A program made the position numbers and the translations under genes. Source: Thermoproteota archaeon (GTDB lineage Archaea; Korarchaeota; JAOZGF01; JAOZFZ01). From it: a stretch of 64,000 nucleotides of DNA. The notes beneath the pieces are model-generated. The model saw only the letters and a list, made by a program, of their open reading frames with translations, searched no databases and was not told the DNA's origin. This document shows positions 10,218 to 20,528 of the stretch, piece after piece (positions within the stretch are counted from its first letter, which is position 1; the number at the start of each line of letters is the position of its first letter). The stretch is from the NCBI GenBank assembly GCA_027492035.1, contig JAOZFT010000004.1, forward strand, positions 384,001 to 448,000. Reading direction: 5' to 3'.

Positions 10218-11996
10218 TTAAGCCTCCTTTGTAAAAACTTTCTTTAATTTTATTTCTCTTATTTCACTTAAAACTTCTTTTTCCTCTGGTGTTAACTCCG
10301 TCTTTATTTCATTCTTTAAAACATATATCTTATTTAAAGGGATATCCGTATAAAGGATGTCTCCCTCCTTTATTTGTCTACCTACTGTTGGCCCCTTAAC
10401 GCTGATAGCTACCCTCTCTCCTCTGGAGGCTGAAGGTATAGGTTTTCCTTCCTTTTGTATCTGTAAAATTACCCCAACTCTACTGCCTTTTAAGTTCATT
10501 AGCGGTGTTTCCGGCTTAATTTTCCCAGCTAAAACCTCTACACCAAAGATAGCTGGTTTGCTTCTTCTGAAAACATATCCTTTCAAAAACTGTATCCTGG
10601 AAGGTGAAGGTATCTTCCCAATTTTTTCCTCTCTTTTCCTTTCCTCGATTTCCAAAGCCTTTTTCTCATATTCTTCAATCAATTGGTAAATTACTTTGCT
10701 TGTTATTACCGGTATGTTCTGTATTCTTGCTTCTTCTTCCGCGTCAGGTGAAATTTTTACATTAAAACCCAGGACAAAGGCATATTTCTCTTCCTTTTCC
10801 CGAACTATTGAGGCCTCAATTATATTTTTCCTGGATATCCTCCCTATCCCTGCAAAACGTATGGGGATCCCCTTATTTCTTAAGTAACTAATCAAAGCCT
10901 CCAATGTCCCTATTGAATCCGACTTCACTATAACCCCTACCTTGCCGGTTTTTATCAATACTTTACTTATCTCCTTCTCTATTTCCCTCTTAACTTCCTC
11001 TGCTTCTTCTATGTTTTCAACTACTTGGACAGGTGCTCCTGCTATTAGGCCCTCAGTTTCTTGCAGAAGCACTTTCACACCTGAAGCGCTTTCTACTTCA
11101 TTTACAGGTTCAAACTGGGCAGCCCCTCCCTTCTTAAATTGTTTAGGCAAGAAAAGGCCTTTCACTTTCGTAATTAATGCTTCTTTTAACCTACCCACTA
11201 CCACTAAATCATTCATCTTTAGTTTACCATCATAAAGAATAACATCGATTGTTGTCCCAAGTCCTGGCTCTTCCTTCACTTCTAAAACGGTGCCCTTACC
11301 TTTCTCTCCTGAAATCATTAACCTCTCCATTAAAAACCTTTGAGCCAAACCAAGCAAAACCACTATCAAGTCAGGTATCCCTTCACCTGTTTTAGCGCTT
11401 AAAGGAACTATAGCAACTTTCTCCCTGAAATTTTTTACTCTAAAATAGTAATCACTGTCAAATCCCAGCTCTGAAAGCTGAGATATTAATTCATAAATTT
11501 TCTGCTCTAACAAGTTTCTTGCTAAACTAGATTGCTTCTCTAAACTCTCAATAAACACGTTATTCTCTGTTTGCCTCCATCCTCTTACTAAATCAATTTT
11601 GTTAGCTGCCACTAAAAAAGGAGTCTTTTTTGTTTGTAAAATATGGATTGACTCCACCGTTTGAGGTTTCACTCCGCTCATCACATCAATAACCAGTATC
11701 GCTATGTCTGCAATTGCCCCTCCCCTTCTTCTCAAATTAGTAAACAATTCATGTCCCGGCGTGTCAATTACAAGGAAACCAGGTATCTTAATTTCTATGT
11801 TGAACTTTTTAATTAAAGGCCCAGCTATCTTTTCAAGAACCCCTAAAGGTATATATGTAGCCCCTATGTGTTGAGTTATTTGTCCAGGTTCTTTCAAAGC
11901 CACAGTTGTGCCTCTAATTTTGTCGAGTAAGGTTGTTTTTCCATGATCCACATGTCCTAACACTATCACAATTAAGCTTCTAATTCTGTTTTGCAT
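10218..11996 (-). CDS. infB: Translation initiation factor aIF5B/IF2
   Basis: GHVDHGKT, ITQHIGA, DTPGHE, NKID. Confidence 0.97.
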   Translation of the reverse strand: MQNRIRSLIVIVLGHVDHGKTTLLDKIRGTTVALKEPGQITQHIGATYIPLGVLEKIAGPLIKKFNIEIKIPGFLVIDTPGHELFTNLRRRGGAIADIAILVIDVMSGVKPQTVESIHILQTKKTPFLVAANKIDLVRGWRQTENNVFIESLEKQSSLARNLLEQKIYELISQLSELGFDSDYYFRVKNFREKVAIVPLSAKTGEGIPDLIVVLLGLAQRFLMERLMISGEKGKGTVLEVKEEPGLGTTIDVILYDGKLKMNDLVVVGRLKEALITKVKGLFLPKQFKKGGAAQFEPVNEVESASGVKVLLQETEGLIAGAPVQVVENIEEAEEVKREIEKEISKVLIKTGKVGVIVKSDSIGTLEALISYLRNKGIPIRFAGIGRISRKNIIEASIVREKEEKYAFVLGFNVKISPDAEEEARIQNIPVITSKVIYQLIEEYEKKALEIEERKREEKIGKIPSPSRIQFLKGYVFRRSKPAIFGVEVLAGKIKPETPLMNLKGSRVGVILQIQKEGKPIPSASRGERVAISVKGPTVGRQIKEGDILYTDIPLNKIYVLKNEIKTELTPEEKEVLSEIREIKLKKVFTKEA

Positions 11997-12046
11997 TTCT
12001 CAGTTTACCAGTTTCCTTTTATTAAAAACGTAGAGAGGTGTTTACT

Positions 12047-12481
12047 TTAACTTTCTCCAACTTCTGGGAAAATTATTTTCTTTTCCCTTAAATAATTTTC
12101 TTTACTGTCAGAAGCATGTATAACGTTATCTGTTAAATCTAAACCCAAGTCTCCTCTAATCGTCCCAGGCTGCGCCTTAACTGGGTCTGTAGCACCAATC
12201 ATTCTCCTTACCACATTAACGGCGTCCCTTCCCTCCACAATTGCCGCAACAATTGGTCCTGAAGTGACGTAATTCACTAATTCCTTAAAGAACTTCTTTC
12301 CCTTATGAACGGAGTAAAGTTCTTCCGCTTCCTTTTGTGTCAATTCCACCATTTTTAAAGCAACTATTTTCAGTCCTTTCTTTTCTATTCTGGAGATTAC
12401 TTCACCAACCAACTGCCTCTTAACAGCTCCTGGTTTAATAAAAAAGAACGTCCTCCCCATTTCAGATCTGTTCCTTACCAT
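12047..12481 (-). CDS. ndk: Nucleoside diphosphate kinase
   Basis: [15 protein letters not shown]. Confidence 0.95.
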   Translation of the reverse strand: MVRNRSEMGRTFFFIKPGAVKRQLVGEVISRIEKKGLKIVALKMVELTQKEAEELYSVHKGKKFFKELVNYVTSGPIVAAIVEGRDAVNVVRRMIGATDPVKAQPGTIRGDLGLDLTDNVIHASDSKENYLREKKIIFPEVGES

Positions 12482-12656
12482 ATTTCAAAGTCCATTTCAA
12501 TTTTCTAGGATCTCTTTTCAGTTTTAAAGCGTTTTTTCGACATTTTGATGAACAAAAAAAGAGAACCTTGCCAGTTTTATCCACATACATTATTCCTGAA
12601 CCTGGTTTAATTTTTCCGCCGCAAAAGAAACAAGTATACTCCTTAGGCATAGGCAC
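12462..12656 (-). CDS. rpl24e: 50S ribosomal protein L24e
   Basis: CFFCG..PGSG..FCSSKC..PRKLKWT. Confidence 0.96.
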   Translation of the reverse strand: MPMPKEYTCFFCGGKIKPGSGIMYVDKTGKVLFFCSSKCRKNALKLKRDPRKLKWTLKYGKEQI

Positions 12657-12657
12657 C

Positions 12658-12909
12658 TTACCTGGCAGATATTTCTCTGTCCTCCCTCTCAGGGTTTCTT
12701 AGAACCAAAATATCCCCTACTCTAACAGGGCCTTTAACATTCCTTCTAATTACTCTTCCCTTGTCACGTCCAACAAGTATTCTTGCTCTCACCTGAATAA
12801 CTTCACCAGTAACTCCTGTTCTGCCCCTAACTTCAACCACTTCGGCTGGGTAACCATATTTAGAAATTATTTCTTCCCCTTTTTCAAATATAGTTTTTCT
12901 TTTACTCAA
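12658..12909 (-). CDS. rps28e: 30S ribosomal protein S28e
   Basis: [21 protein letters not shown]. Confidence 0.96.
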   Translation of the reverse strand: MSKRKTIFEKGEEIISKYGYPAEVVEVRGRTGVTGEVIQVRARILVGRDKGRVIRRNVKGPVRVGDILVLRNPEREDREISAR

Positions 12910-12928
12910 CCTTTAAGCACCTTTCCCT

Positions 12929-13351
12929 TCAAGTCCCTCTTTTTTCTTTTCTCAGTTTTTGTTCTGCTTCCTCACTCACCTTTTCTCCCCTGATTCTTTT
13001 CAGTTCCTCAATTATCTCCCTTAAAAGATTTTTCCCTTCACCCTCATCCTCTATACATGCTGAAGCAGCATTAACGTTTATACCTGAGGCTTCTCCCAAC
13101 TCTTTCTTTGTTGAAACGTAAGTATAAGGAATTTTCTTTTCGTCACAAAGAATAGGTAAGTGCATAACTATTTCAGGAGGGTCTACATCCAGAGCTATTG
13201 CAACAAGTTTAGCTTTTTCCCTTTCGACAGATTTAGTTACTTCATTTGTTCCTCTTCTGACTTTACCAGAGTCTTTAGCTATTCTAAACAAATCTAAAGT
13301 TTTCTTCATAAGTTCTTCAGGAACTTCAAACTTGACATAAACTGACGTCAT
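12929..13351 (-). CDS. rpl7ae: 50S ribosomal protein L7Ae
   Basis: [22 protein letters not shown]. Start reassigned to the ATG at 13351, which follows a GAGGTGA SD. Confidence 0.96.
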   Translation of the reverse strand: MTSVYVKFEVPEELMKKTLDLFRIAKDSGKVRRGTNEVTKSVEREKAKLVAIALDVDPPEIVMHLPILCDEKKIPYTYVSTKKELGEASGINVNAASACIEDEGEGKNLLREIIEELKRIRGEKVSEEAEQKLRKEKRGT

Positions 13352-13683
13352 CCCATTCACCTCATCATTATGGTCATTGAAAATAAAGGCACTCAATTGA
13401 CATTTAAAAACCTATTTAAATTTTTTTCATTAAAAAAATCCAGAAGAAACAGCGCTCCTTTTAGAAACCAGGAAGTAATTTAAAAAGTTTTTTGTTAAAA
13501 TCTAAAAATAATCCAGGAAAAATATGCAAAAATGCTTCAAATTTTCAGTATTATCAACCATAAAATCCTTAAATGTTTAAGCTGTTTAAGTTTAGTGTTT
13601 GTAATAGACCTTTTTTCAAATACTTTTTTGGCAAAAAGGCATAATTACATGCTATTGTTGAGTCATATGCATATAATTATGCT

Positions 13684-14238
13684 TCACTTTTGCTGTTTTC
13701 TTTTTCTAAAGATCCTTGGGATAAAGAAGGGTGTACTCTTCTTATATTTTATGTACTCATCTCTAAACCTTTCCTCAAGCTCTTTTTCCTCCACTTTCTT
13801 AATATATACCAGGAGCACCATTACAAGCAGGGATACTAACATGACAAATGAGAAGGAACCAATTATAATGCCAATACCCACGTAATAAATAAAGGTTCCG
13901 AAAGCCATTGGATTTCGGCAGTAAGAGTAAGGACCGTTGGTTACCAGCTTCTGTGTGGCCATTATGGGGGCGGGTGTTCCCTTTCCTTCTGTAAATTGGA
14001 TAATGACACTCCATAACCCAAATAAGAGGCCGCAAATCCCTAATAAGCTGCCAAAAACAAGAGTGAGAAAACTGTACGGAAAATAGGAAAAATGCAGAAA
14101 ATCATCTATTAATTTAGACAAAAGGAATAGGGTGTAAGGAATAATAAACACAAAAATAATAAAGAGAGGTGTCAAAAAAATTATTCTTTGTTTAATTGTA
14201 TGTTTCCTCCTTGACAACTTAACCACTTTATCTTTCAT
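13684..14238 (-). CDS. Isoprenylcysteine carboxyl methyltransferase/PEMT-family membrane protein
   Basis: GTPAP..LVTNGPYSYCRNPM, EEKELEERF..Y..Y...TPFFIP. Confidence 0.85.
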   Translation of the reverse strand: MKDKVVKLSRRKHTIKQRIIFLTPLFIIFVFIIPYTLFLLSKLIDDFLHFSYFPYSFLTLVFGSLLGICGLLFGLWSVIIQFTEGKGTPAPIMATQKLVTNGPYSYCRNPMAFGTFIYYVGIGIIIGSFSFVMLVSLLVMVLLVYIKKVEEKELEERFRDEYIKYKKSTPFFIPRIFRKRKQQK

Positions 14239-14442
14239 ACCTAATCCCTCTCTATCCCCCCCATTTCATAAACATCGTCTAACAACAAGTACTTTTATTT
14301 TTTTAATTTTTCAACTACATACCTACTTATAACCTGTAAATAGGGTACTTGTTTTTTAGTATAGTCCATATGCTTTTTTTAGTTTCCACTTCACGCTTAG
14401 GCAAGTATGAATGGGAATACAAGCACTAAATTCAGAAATTGA

Positions 14443-14558
14443 TGCGGGGGGTGGGATTTGAACCCACGCAGAGCTTCTCACCAGGTTTCTAATGCCATCC
14501 TCATCCTGGCGCCTTTGGTCGTGCAATTTCCCCTTTGACCTGGCTCGGCAACCCCCGC
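14443..14558 (-). tRNA. tRNA-Leu(GAG) with two introns (D-loop 14515-14534, 20 nt; anticodon loop 14487-14498, 12 nt)
   Basis: GCGGGGG/CCCCCGC-A acceptor stem, long variable arm, GTGGG-TTCAAAT-CCCAC T-arm. The D-loop intron has a GGTC/GACC helix with AAA bulges. The anticodon call assumes a 37/38 intron, which gives an unusual A32. Confidence 0.85.
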
Positions 14559-14620
14559 AGCTTCAAACTTTGTCTGAAGTTGTATTTAAAAATATTTTTT
14601 AAAGGGTTATTTTTAAAGGT

Positions 14621-15412
14621 TTATTTCTCCAGTTGTTCTTTAAATGTTGCAAGTTTATTTTTCAGTATCTTTATTGCTTCTTCAATTATTTCTTTTGGGG
14701 GTAAAGCGCCTGTGGATTCTATGTTGAAAACAAAGGATTTTTTGTCATAAGTTATTTGGATGCTTTTTTCTGGACATGTTTCAATACATAATTTGCACAT
14801 GTTGCAATCTGAGGGGGTTTCAACTTTTACTTCTCCGTTTTGTTTAAACACGTGAAAAGGGCAGTTTTTTATGCATTCACCGCACCCGTTACATGTTTCT
14901 TCATTTATTTCTATTATTGGGAGGTAGCCGTAGGAGACTGTTGAAACCGGTTGCCATTTAGCATGTTCTTTGCCTTTACCTAACCGTGCTATTGCTTCTA
15001 AAACCAATTTTTGGTTTTTTATGACTTTAACTATTGGTATTTTAGGGTTCACTGGCTTTATTTCTGGGTCTATTGGTTTTAGGTCTCCTGAATAAATGAT
15101 ATCCTCTCCTCTTTGGCATGTGAAGTCCAATGTCAGCCGTGCAGTGTTCATTACTCTTTCCTCTTCGCTTGTCTCTTGAGTTATGTATTTATATCTTTTT
15201 AAGTCGGTTTTTAAAGGTATCAAACCTAATCTGTGTGCTATGTATTCGTCATAGAATGAAGTTGTGTTTTCTACAATTATTACTTCATCTATAGCCATTG
15301 TGGGCACTTCTGAAAGGATTGTGCGCCTAAGAGAGTTCACGAATGCAGGTGTAACTCCTGAAATTATAAATCTCAACAAGTTATCCTTTTCTTCGATAAT
15401 TTTTATTTCCAA
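14621..15412 (-). CDS. rpoD: RNA polymerase subunit D (Rpo3) with ferredoxin-like Fe-S domain
   Basis: NSLRR..EVPTMAI, AHRLGLIPL, HAKWQP, two CxxCxxCxxxCP clusters. Confidence 0.96.
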   Translation of the reverse strand: MEIKIIEEKDNLLRFIISGVTPAFVNSLRRTILSEVPTMAIDEVIIVENTTSFYDEYIAHRLGLIPLKTDLKRYKYITQETSEEERVMNTARLTLDFTCQRGEDIIYSGDLKPIDPEIKPVNPKIPIVKVIKNQKLVLEAIARLGKGKEHAKWQPVSTVSYGYLPIIEINEETCNGCGECIKNCPFHVFKQNGEVKVETPSDCNMCKLCIETCPEKSIQITYDKKSFVFNIESTGALPPKEIIEEAIKILKNKLATFKEQLEK

Positions 15413-15445
15413 TTTAGTTGCTCCTCCTTTTTTCGAAAAAGCCTT

Positions 15446-17191
15446 TTACAAGTGAGTGAAGAAAAACTTTATTTCAGATTCTTTTTCAACCAATTTTGCG
15501 AAACAGAACCTTTCAAATTGAACAGTTTGACCTTTTTCAGCCTTTTCTATGTTTTTCTCACCGTAACACTCAATTGTTTCCCCGTCTACATTTATTAGTT
15601 TAAATTTAATGTTTTGGGTAGCAGGAACCCAACTTATCTTTTTTATGTTTTTTGGTGCTGCATCTATGCTGAAACTATGGAACGTTGCTGTAGCGTGACC
15701 TATTCCCTTCTCTTTTATTGAAACATTCATTAAATCCTTCAATCTAATTGTCTCGTTAGGTTTCGTTCCTTCTAAATCCCTTTTTTCAATTAATAACTTA
15801 ACTTTTCCATCCTTAACTTTTACCTTTATTTTCCTTTTTCCAAGTTCAGGTTTGCTTGGGTTTATTAGTGGTTGGGCCTCAACTTTTTCTTGAGGTATAT
15901 TTTTTACAAGTAAGGTTGCTGGTTTGGATACTGCAAAAAATCTTTGTGAGTGCGGGTCAATTAGCCTCCTGTTTATGGCGTAAAGGTTCTCGGGACTGTA
16001 CTCCACATCTGTTAAACTTAAACCTAAGCTAAGAATTGCTTCTCTTATTGCCTCCGGCTTTATTCCCCTCATCATTAATGATTGTAAACTCCACGTCCTT
16101 GGGTCATACCAACCCATATAAACTCCTTTCTCTATCATTTTCCTTGCTTCGGTTTTACTTAATTTTAAACCTCGGAATTTAATCATTCCATAATGTATGA
16201 ATTCTGCCTCTTCCCAGTTCATTATTTTCCAAACAAAACTTTCTATTTTGTCCTCTTTTATTAAATCTTTTCCTCTTAAAATGTGGGTTATTCCCAGGTA
16301 GTGGTCGTCTACCGCCCAAGAAAACTCAAGTAAAGGCCATACAATATATTTACTGCCTACGCGGGGGTGTTCTTTTTCACTCACCCTCATTAACACAGGA
16401 TCCCTAAGTGCAGGGTCTTTCTGTTGCATGCTTGTTTTCAAACGGGCAACAGCTTCTCCCTCCCTAAATTTTCCCTCCAACATTTCATTCCATAATTCCA
16501 TGTTCTTTTCCACTGAGGCATCTCTATGGGGGCAGTTCCTTCTTTTTAGCTTGTATTTTTCCCTAAAAACTTTTTTTGGACATAAACAGATGTATGCAGC
16601 ATTTTTTTCTATCAGTTCTTTTGTTACTTGGTAAAAAAGAGGCAGTCTATCCGATTTATAAACTTCTTTGTGCCATTTGACTCCTAGCCACTGTAAACCC
16701 TCCTTTATCAGGTCATATGCTTCTGGAAGCAAAACTTTTTCTTGAGACCCTATAGTGTCGTCGAAAACAAGCAGTAAAGAACCCTTATACCTCTTTACAT
16801 ACTCATCGTTTAGTATAACCATTCTTGCGTTGCCTATGTGGAGAGGACCTGAAGGGAAGGGTGCAAGCCTCATCACTACTCTACTGTACTTTTCTACATT
16901 AGGTAACTCAGGTAACTTTTTCTCTTCCTTTCTTTTTTCTACTAATTTTGAGAAAAGTTCAGGATCTATCTTTTCAAGTTCTTCCCTTTGCTGGTCTATA
17001 GTCATTTCATTAACTTCGTCAACTATTTTTTGGACCAGTTGCAGAATTTTTCTTGGGTCAATCTCTGTTTTTCCTTTGCTAACTACTTTTTTCATGACAA
17101 ATTTAGCTGCTGCCTTACCTTTATGCTTTAAGGCGTTAAATAAAGCATTTTTCTTTATTAATTTCTCTAGTTCATCTACTTTTTTAGCCAT
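15446..17191 (-). CDS. gltX: Glutamyl-tRNA synthetase
   Basis: RLAPFPSGPLHIGN, THILRGKD, LSKT, WYDPR. Confidence 0.95.
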   Translation of the reverse strand: MAKKVDELEKLIKKNALFNALKHKGKAAAKFVMKKVVSKGKTEIDPRKILQLVQKIVDEVNEMTIDQQREELEKIDPELFSKLVEKRKEEKKLPELPNVEKYSRVVMRLAPFPSGPLHIGNARMVILNDEYVKRYKGSLLLVFDDTIGSQEKVLLPEAYDLIKEGLQWLGVKWHKEVYKSDRLPLFYQVTKELIEKNAAYICLCPKKVFREKYKLKRRNCPHRDASVEKNMELWNEMLEGKFREGEAVARLKTSMQQKDPALRDPVLMRVSEKEHPRVGSKYIVWPLLEFSWAVDDHYLGITHILRGKDLIKEDKIESFVWKIMNWEEAEFIHYGMIKFRGLKLSKTEARKMIEKGVYMGWYDPRTWSLQSLMMRGIKPEAIREAILSLGLSLTDVEYSPENLYAINRRLIDPHSQRFFAVSKPATLLVKNIPQEKVEAQPLINPSKPELGKRKIKVKVKDGKVKLLIEKRDLEGTKPNETIRLKDLMNVSIKEKGIGHATATFHSFSIDAAPKNIKKISWVPATQNIKFKLINVDGETIECYGEKNIEKAEKGQTVQFERFCFAKLVEKESEIKFFFTHL

Positions 17192-17218
17192 TTCTCTAAA
17201 TCCTTTCCTAAATAAATG

Positions 17219-18220
17219 TTAGGTAATTTCTTCCTTTAATATCCCTAACGACTCATTTGTTCTTTTGATTGATTCCTGTTTAGATGCTTTTTTGAGGGAG
17301 GCTCTTATAGCATCTATGTTTTCAGGTATAACTATTGCCTCTTGGTGGATACCTAACGTAAGATACACTGTTTTTTTGTTCAGCATAGTTAACGACTCTT
17401 TCCAGATTACTGTCTCATAAATGTCGTTTCTTAGTCTTCCTAGGTCGCGTGCAGCTTCAATGAGTTGTGATGTTGAATTAAATCCCTTTTCTGAAGATGC
17501 AAAAATGACTCTGGGTTCTTTTATTAATGTTTCAGTTATTTCCTCTTTACTTGCTTCTCTTTCTAAGCTAACTCTTAATGAATGAACATGCATGAGAGTT
17601 GTAGGTATTTTAAAAGCTACGGTTGTGATGTTTAATCCTTTAATTACTGTTTTCACATCTTCACTGTGGTGTGAAGGGAGGGTTACAGGGTCAAGAACTA
17701 TTGAGTTTATTGGCCCCCTTTTGGTTTCTTTAGGATCTGCTGCTCTTCGAATGACAACTGCAAAGGCTTCTCTTATTCCAAAATCCCTATTTAGAGGATG
17801 TAGAACCCTTACTAAACCTGTAGTGTTGCAAGAAACGACTCTTATATAGTTTTTACCGTAAGCTTCGCCGTAGTTGCATGAAGCAGTAAAGGATACTTCA
17901 GCAACTGACGCCTTCTCTCCACCCTCAAAAATAGCCTTCTTTTTATTTTTTAAGTATATCTCCTTATTTTTTTCACCTATTCCACCTGGGGAGGCATCAA
18001 CTATTATGTCTGCTTTTTTAACTAACTCTTCAAGTCCTCCTCTTTGTTCATTTAAGGCAACGACGTTTAAGCCCCTTTTTAAACCTATTTCCAAAGAATA
18101 ATCTTTTGATTTTTTCACAACCCCAACCACCTTCATATCCCCTTGTAAATTAACTGCGTCAGCCACTCTTTTGCCAATAGTGCCGTAACCAATGATTCCA
18201 ACCTTAATCATTCCTTTCAC
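17219..18220 (-). CDS. gap: Glyceraldehyde-3-phosphate dehydrogenase (archaeal type II)
   Basis: GYGTIGKRVADA, VVSCNTTGL, HQEAIVIPENIDAIRA. Confidence 0.96.
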   Translation of the reverse strand: MKGMIKVGIIGYGTIGKRVADAVNLQGDMKVVGVVKKSKDYSLEIGLKRGLNVVALNEQRGGLEELVKKADIIVDASPGGIGEKNKEIYLKNKKKAIFEGGEKASVAEVSFTASCNYGEAYGKNYIRVVSCNTTGLVRVLHPLNRDFGIREAFAVVIRRAADPKETKRGPINSIVLDPVTLPSHHSEDVKTVIKGLNITTVAFKIPTTLMHVHSLRVSLEREASKEEITETLIKEPRVIFASSEKGFNSTSQLIEAARDLGRLRNDIYETVIWKESLTMLNKKTVYLTLGIHQEAIVIPENIDAIRASLKKASKQESIKRTNESLGILKEEIT

Positions 18221-18508
18221 CCTTTTCTTTCTTAAAGATAGGAAGGGAGTAATTATCTTTGTAGAAAGTTAAAAAATAAAAATTTTCTTCCTTTTAAAAA
18301 AGGGAAGGAAAAAGTTTAAAAGAGAGAAATACTTATTATATTTGTTGTAAAAAATGAATCAAATTGTGCAAAGAAGTTCTCTCTATTTCAATAAAGCCTG
18401 CAGAAACTATGAACCCTCTTATTCTTTTTTAGAGAAGGGACATTTTCTCCTTCATAGTCTTTATTTTACAAAGTTAAAAGGGTGCTGAACCTTCCTTCTC
18501 TTTAGGGG

Positions 18509-18883
18509 TTGGGAAAGATGTATTTAGAAGTTACGGTTTCTGGAAAAGGTAAAATGTTTTTTAAATTAAACACTGTTCGTTCCCCTCGGACTTTAAGGAA
18601 ATTTCTTATACACTTGCCTTTCTCCAGCGTGTTATATGAATCCAGTCCTCTCCTCTTCTGTGAGATGGATTTAAGTATAGCCCCTGAAAAGGCAGTTAAT
18701 GAAGTTAGGAAGGGATATTTTGGTTACTGGCCCATGAATAAAGCATTATTTATTGCTAAGAATAATGGTTCAGTAAATTTCCCCCTGAATGTGCTTGGAC
18801 ACATAGAGAAAGGAGTAAATGTCCTGAATAAATTAAGTAAATATGATGTGGTTCATCTTAAAACTACAAATCGTATTTTTTAA
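18509..18883 (+). CDS. Cyclophilin-like fold protein (DUF369/TM1367-like)
   Basis: SPRT..LP, EKAVNEV..G..GYWP..ALFI, LNVLG pattern. Confidence 0.65.
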   Translation: MGKMYLEVTVSGKGKMFFKLNTVRSPRTLRKFLIHLPFSSVLYESSPLLFCEMDLSIAPEKAVNEVRKGYFGYWPMNKALFIAKNNGSVNFPLNVLGHIEKGVNVLNKLSKYDVVHLKTTNRIF

Positions 18884-19185
18884 GTGCCTTTTGTAGGTAC
18901 GTAAATTTTAAGTTTGGAAGATGAAAATATTCTAGTTATCCTTTTTTTATTCTCCAGTTCTCTCAGAATCTTCTTAGCTTCACTTACCTTTATTCCATAC
19001 TGTTTGGAAACAGAGGTTGGCGTAATTACCTTCTGTTGCATAATACTTTGCCTTAAATCTTCACCAGGGGCAACTATTTGTTCCTTTTTCTCTTTATTAT
19101 AAACTTTCTTTTTTGTTTTCTCTTTTTTCTGGGCTTCAAGTCTCTTTAACACTCTTGAAATTGGTTTTTTCTTCTGTCCACCCAA
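18880..19185 (-). CDS. rps25e: 30S ribosomal protein S25e
   Basis: MGGQKKKPIS, VITP..V...YGIKVSEAKKILRELE winged helix. Confidence 0.9.
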   Translation of the reverse strand: MGGQKKKPISRVLKRLEAQKKEKTKKKVYNKEKKEQIVAPGEDLRQSIMQQKVITPTSVSKQYGIKVSEAKKILRELENKKRITRIFSSSKLKIYVPTKGT

Positions 19186-19226
19186 TACTTCCCACCTCCT
19201 TAAAAAGGGATCATCTATTTCCTTTT

Positions 19227-20045
19227 TTATGTTTCATTTTTCTTCTTTTTTAATATTTCCATCCAAGGGTTTGATTGTGCAAAGTCTGGTATTTCAGGGT
19301 TCTTTATCCATTTTTCCCAATTAAAGTCTTCTCTGTTAACTTCCTTTTGAGTTCTCTCCTCAACTTCTCTCTTCAAAAACTCTTTTTTTGAAGAAGTAAC
19401 CCCTTCTTCCTTTACCAAGTTTTCAGTTGCTTTTCTCATCAATTCTTTTTTCAATGTCTCTATTTCCCTTTTTAAACTTGAAATTTGGCTTTTTAACTTC
19501 ATTATTTCTAAATTAAGTTTGTTTTTTTCCTCGGTTCCATAAATGATGGGTGAAGAAATTTTTTCCTTCCTTTCTTCCTTACTTTCAATTAAGAGGTTTA
19601 TTTTTTCCATTAAATTGCTCATTTGACGGGTTAACTCTGATATTTGTTTCTCCAAGTAAGTGTGGTCTCTTAAAGTTTTTTCCCTCATTTTAGCTAAAGA
19701 AATTTTTCTTTTAGGTCTTATGGATTCATGGACAAAGGAGTTATCGTAAACTAAAAATAAACCTATTCCCATTGTCCTTATCAAGTATAGGTTCAGCAAT
19801 CCATAAAATTTGTCAGGTGTAGCTACGTAAAAGTAGTTCCCCTCCATCTTTTGAATTAATTCAGTTAAGTTTTCTTTTATGTTCCTTACATCCTCCAAAT
19901 CAGTCACTACTTCCACAACTAGTGTTTCATCGCTACGGCGAAACGTGAGGATGTTATCAATTCTTTCCTGCAATATCCAGTCTCTTATTTTTAAGAAATG
20001 TTCAATGTTGGTGACTATTTCTTCTTTTTCTGAGAAAAGATCCAC
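19227..20045 (-). CDS. Hypothetical protein with coiled-coil region and C-terminal NPW motif
   Basis: 272-aa ORF with genome-typical K/E-rich composition. Confidence 0.6.
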   Translation of the reverse strand: MDLFSEKEEIVTNIEHFLKIRDWILQERIDNILTFRRSDETLVVEVVTDLEDVRNIKENLTELIQKMEGNYFYVATPDKFYGLLNLYLIRTMGIGLFLVYDNSFVHESIRPKRKISLAKMREKTLRDHTYLEKQISELTRQMSNLMEKINLLIESKEERKEKISSPIIYGTEEKNKLNLEIMKLKSQISSLKREIETLKKELMRKATENLVKEEGVTSSKKEFLKREVEERTQKEVNREDFNWEKWIKNPEIPDFAQSNPWMEILKKKKNET

Positions 20046-20119
20046 GTTATTTTTTCCTCCAAAGATGCAATTAAACAGAAAAAGGGGAGGGGTTGGAAGA
20101 AGCTGATGCTGCTCGGTTC

Positions 20120-20326
20120 TTAAACTCCCTTGGCTGCTAGCTTTACGTCTTCTTCTAAAACTGTTTTTCTGCCAGCGTGTTTAGCCAAATCTACAGCTCT
20201 CCGGCTTATTTTTTCTGCATAATCCTCTATGGCGTCTCTCAAGACAGTTTTAGCGGTTTCACTGACTCTTTCTGCACCAGCCTTCCTCATGATTCTATCA
20301 AGTGGTGCTAAAGGTAGAACTGCCAT
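20120..20326 (-). CDS. Archaeal histone (HMf family)
   Basis: LPLAPLDRIMRKAGAERVS..AKHAGRKTV..EDVKLA. Confidence 0.96.
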   Translation of the reverse strand: MAVLPLAPLDRIMRKAGAERVSETAKTVLRDAIEDYAEKISRRAVDLAKHAGRKTVLEEDVKLAAKGV

Positions 20327-20528
20327 TTGAATCACCTGTTTAAGTACGTAATGTGTCCATTTACTATTTAAATCTTTCTATTTAAAGAAGGCAATAAATA
20401 AAAAAATGTTTTTTACTGATTTGAAATGAGGGTTTCGTTGCTATTGAATCTGCCAAAAATAAGTAAGGATTTATATTTAATTTGACATTTTAGATGTTCT
20501 CTGTAAAAAACTTTGCAAAATCTTTTTT

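Noticed and set aside
13400-14440. Genomic island at the 3' end of tRNA-Leu
   Set aside because: Only one accessory gene in AT-rich flanks, with no att repeat or mobility gene.
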